64,000 bases of DNA from Nitrosopumilus sp. (GTDB lineage: Archaea; Thermoproteota; Nitrososphaeria; Nitrososphaerales; Nitrosopumilaceae): NCBI GenBank assembly GCA_965223425.1, contig OZ245003.1, forward strand, positions 352,001 through 416,000, read 5' to 3'. A program made the translations under genes and the position numbers. This document shows positions 61,806 to 64,000 of this stretch, one piece after another; within the stretch, counting starts at the first letter, position 1, and each line of letters opens with the position of its first letter. The notes under the pieces are model-generated. The model was not told where the DNA came from. It made no database searches and saw only the letters and a program-made list of their open reading frames with translations.

Positions 61806-63066
61806 GAACGGAACTAGGATCTTCTGTTAGCTTTTCTAATGGGATAGTTCCTTCAGTTCCGTTAATCATATCTCGTAATAGCACGTTTCCGTCTTTTAGC
61901 TCATCAGGGCCTACAATGATTGCCAGTCTTGCATCTTTTGCACTTTCCATCTGTTTTTTTAGATTACGCCCTACAATGTCAACATCAGTTGGAATGTTTT
62001 CTAGACGTAGCATGGATGCAATTGATGTTGCAACTTTTTGCATCTCATCGTTAGTGTACAGTATTGCAATTCTATTTTGTGTGATTTTTGGACTTATTTT
62101 TTGCTCTTGCATTGTTAGTATGATTCTCTCAACACCGCCAGCTACTCCTGTAGCTCCAATGTCTTCTCTACCAAATGCTGCAGTTAGCGAATCGTATCGA
62201 CCTCCACCAGCAAGTGCTCCAAGTTTTGAATTCTTATCAAATACTTCAAAGACAGTTCCTGAATAGTAATCAAGCCCTCTGACGATTCCGAAATTAATTC
62301 TGACATTTGATACTCCTCTGTTCTCCAATGAATCAAAGAGTTGTTTCAGATCATTCCATGATTCTAGCTGAGATACATCAAATGCTTGTTCCACTTCAGA
62401 GATCGTTCCCTTGATTTGTGAGAACTCTAGAATCCTTTCTAGCTTGGATTGGTCGTATCTGTCTTTGAATTCAGACAGGATTTCATCTTTTGATTTTTTT
62501 GCAATCTTGTCTATTGCTCGCAGAATGTCTGCTACTAGCTGTGGCTCTTTTGAACCAAATATTTTGTTGATATGGGACTCTACAAGACTTCTGTGATTAA
62601 TGTCAATTGTGATATCCTTGAGTAACAGCGAATCAAACAGTCTGGATGTCAGTTCTATGATTTCAGCTTCTGATTCCAGTCCCGGTCTTCCGTAAATCTC
62701 GATGTCCCACTGGTGAAAGTATCGGTATCTTCCCTTTTGGGGCTCGTCATATCTGAATACTCCGCCAAAGCTTGAGATTTTGGCTGGAAGCTTCATTGAT
62801 TTTTGGGCAGCTGCAAATCTTGTTAATCCGACTGTAAAGTCAAATCGCAGTGCTACTTCGCGTTCTCCCTTGTCTTTGAAATAGTAGATTTCGTCTTTGA
62901 TTGCAGGGCCAGACTTTGTCTCAAGTACTGAGAGTAGCTCAATTGGGGATGGATCCATAAATGAGAATCCGTACAGTCCTGAGAGTTGCTTGAAATGATG
63001 TCTGACATGCTCAATGTCTGCAGTCTCTGCTTCTTCAAAGTCTTTCATGCCTCGCGGTAATTCCAA
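61786..63066 (-). CDS. hisS: Histidine-tRNA ligase
   Basis: PRGMKDF, RYDEPQKGRYR, VRGLDYY and GGGRYD motifs. Confidence 0.97.
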   Translation of the reverse strand: MELPRGMKDFEEAETADIEHVRHHFKQLSGLYGFSFMDPSPIELLSVLETKSGPAIKDEIYYFKDKGEREVALRFDFTVGLTRFAAAQKSMKLPAKISSFGGVFRYDEPQKGRYRYFHQWDIEIYGRPGLESEAEIIELTSRLFDSLLLKDITIDINHRSLVESHINKIFGSKEPQLVADILRAIDKIAKKSKDEILSEFKDRYDQSKLERILEFSQIKGTISEVEQAFDVSQLESWNDLKQLFDSLENRGVSNVRINFGIVRGLDYYSGTVFEVFDKNSKLGALAGGGRYDSLTAAFGREDIGATGVAGGVERIILTMQEQKISPKITQNRIAILYTNDEMQKVATSIASMLRLENIPTDVDIVGRNLKKQMESAKDARLAIIVGPDELKDGNVLLRDMINGTEGTIPLEKLTEDPSSVLSLEKL

Positions 63067-63134
63067 GATGATTATCCCTTGAATGGTTATGATTTAGATT
63101 TTACTAAAATTGCAAGCTAGTATAAAAGAGCAAT

Positions 63135-64000
63135 ATGACAAAAGAAAACACAATGATGAAATCTATTGTAATTGTTTTTGCCGTTTTGAGTATTTTTGGA
63201 ATGAATCAAGCTTTTGCAGAATCTTATCCTGGTTTGGGAGTCAAAGTAGATACAGTAGCTGAGAATCTTTCAATTCCCTGGAGTATTGATTTTGCACCTG
63301 ATGGCAGAATATTCTTCTCTGAAAGGACAGGAACCCTAAATGTAATTGATGGTGGTGTACAAAAACAAATCATGACACTTGATGTTGGAAATGGAGAAGG
63401 TGGGATGCTTGGCATTGCATTGGATCCTAACTTTGAGACAAACCATTACATCTACATCTACTATACCTACAACGAACTGTTTGCAATTAAAAACAAGCTT
63501 GTACGATATATAGAATCAGGTAACACTTTAACTGAAGATAAAACTCTGCTAGATGATATTCCGGGAGCATCATACCATGATGGAGGCAGAATACAGTTTG
63601 GACCAGACGGCAAACTTTACATTACAACAGGCGATGCTGGAGAACCTAACTTTTCACAAAGCTTAGATTCTGTTGCAGGTAAGATTCTCAGAATTAATTC
63701 AGATGGAACAGTACCAAAAGATAATCCATGGAAGGACTCTCCAGTATATTCAATCGGGCATAGAAATCCGCAAGGAATCGATTGGGACGCGAATGGAAAC
63801 CTGGTTGCAACAGAACATGGGCCTTCTGGATGGCGTGGTTCTGCCCATGATGAGATTAATGTGATAATTCCAGGTACAAATTATGGCTGGCCTGATGTCA
63901 TTGGCGATGAAACAATGGAGGGACTACAAAATCCAATTTTGCATACAGGAGATGATACATGGGCACCATCAGGTGCAGAATTTTACGAAGGAAACAAAAT
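63135..64000 (+). CDS. PQQ-dependent sugar dehydrogenase family (GSDH), runs off the window end
   Basis: Manually read: signal peptide, PWSIDFAPDG, HDGGRIQFGPDGKLYITTGDAG, GHRNPQG, NYGWP. Confidence 0.88.
   Translation, partial: MTKENTMMKSIVIVFAVLSIFGMNQAFAESYPGLGVKVDTVAENLSIPWSIDFAPDGRIFFSERTGTLNVIDGGVQKQIMTLDVGNGEGGMLGIALDPNFETNHYIYIYYTYNELFAIKNKLVRYIESGNTLTEDKTLLDDIPGASYHDGGRIQFGPDGKLYITTGDAGEPNFSQSLDSVAGKILRINSDGTVPKDNPWKDSPVYSIGHRNPQGIDWDANGNLVATEHGPSGWRGSAHDEINVIIPGTNYGWPDVIGDETMEGLQNPILHTGDDTWAPSGAEFYEGNK

Overview
Chromosomal window of an ammonia-oxidising-type archaeon (Nitrososphaerota/Thaumarchaeota, Nitrosopumilaceae-like). This is inferred from the split coxB-coxA-cupredoxin-ctaA locus, Alba, aIF6, GINS-MCM-Hel308, RFC and F420 enzymes. 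Bases 1-25.5 kb are accessory DNA: IS5, IS66, IS110, IS481, ISH3/IS4 and IS630 elements or remnants, a MITE, a GC-rich glycosylation islet and a putative defence island. That island holds hicBA, a HEPN protein, and a CARF-like/wHTH regulator divergent from a PIN - micro-ORFs - membrane protein - RNase J-like operon; a GNAT toxin-antitoxin-like pair lies further upstream. Bases 25.5-64 kb are mostly core genes (cox, argH, sdh, ilvE, replication genes, ferredoxins, hisS, 4 tRNAs), interrupted by an AT-rich two-gene nuclease module (41.4-43.6 kb) and a small islet next to tRNA-Ala. Best candidates for new biology: (1) the CARF-like-regulated ribonuclease operon, (2) the two-gene PD-(D/E)xK module, (3) decay of the native aglH/mraY-like locus with an intact GC-rich copy elsewhere, (4) a structured RNA at the IS110 end, (5) a GATC cluster at the replication-gene promoter. 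All family calls are by eye from motifs; no searches were run.
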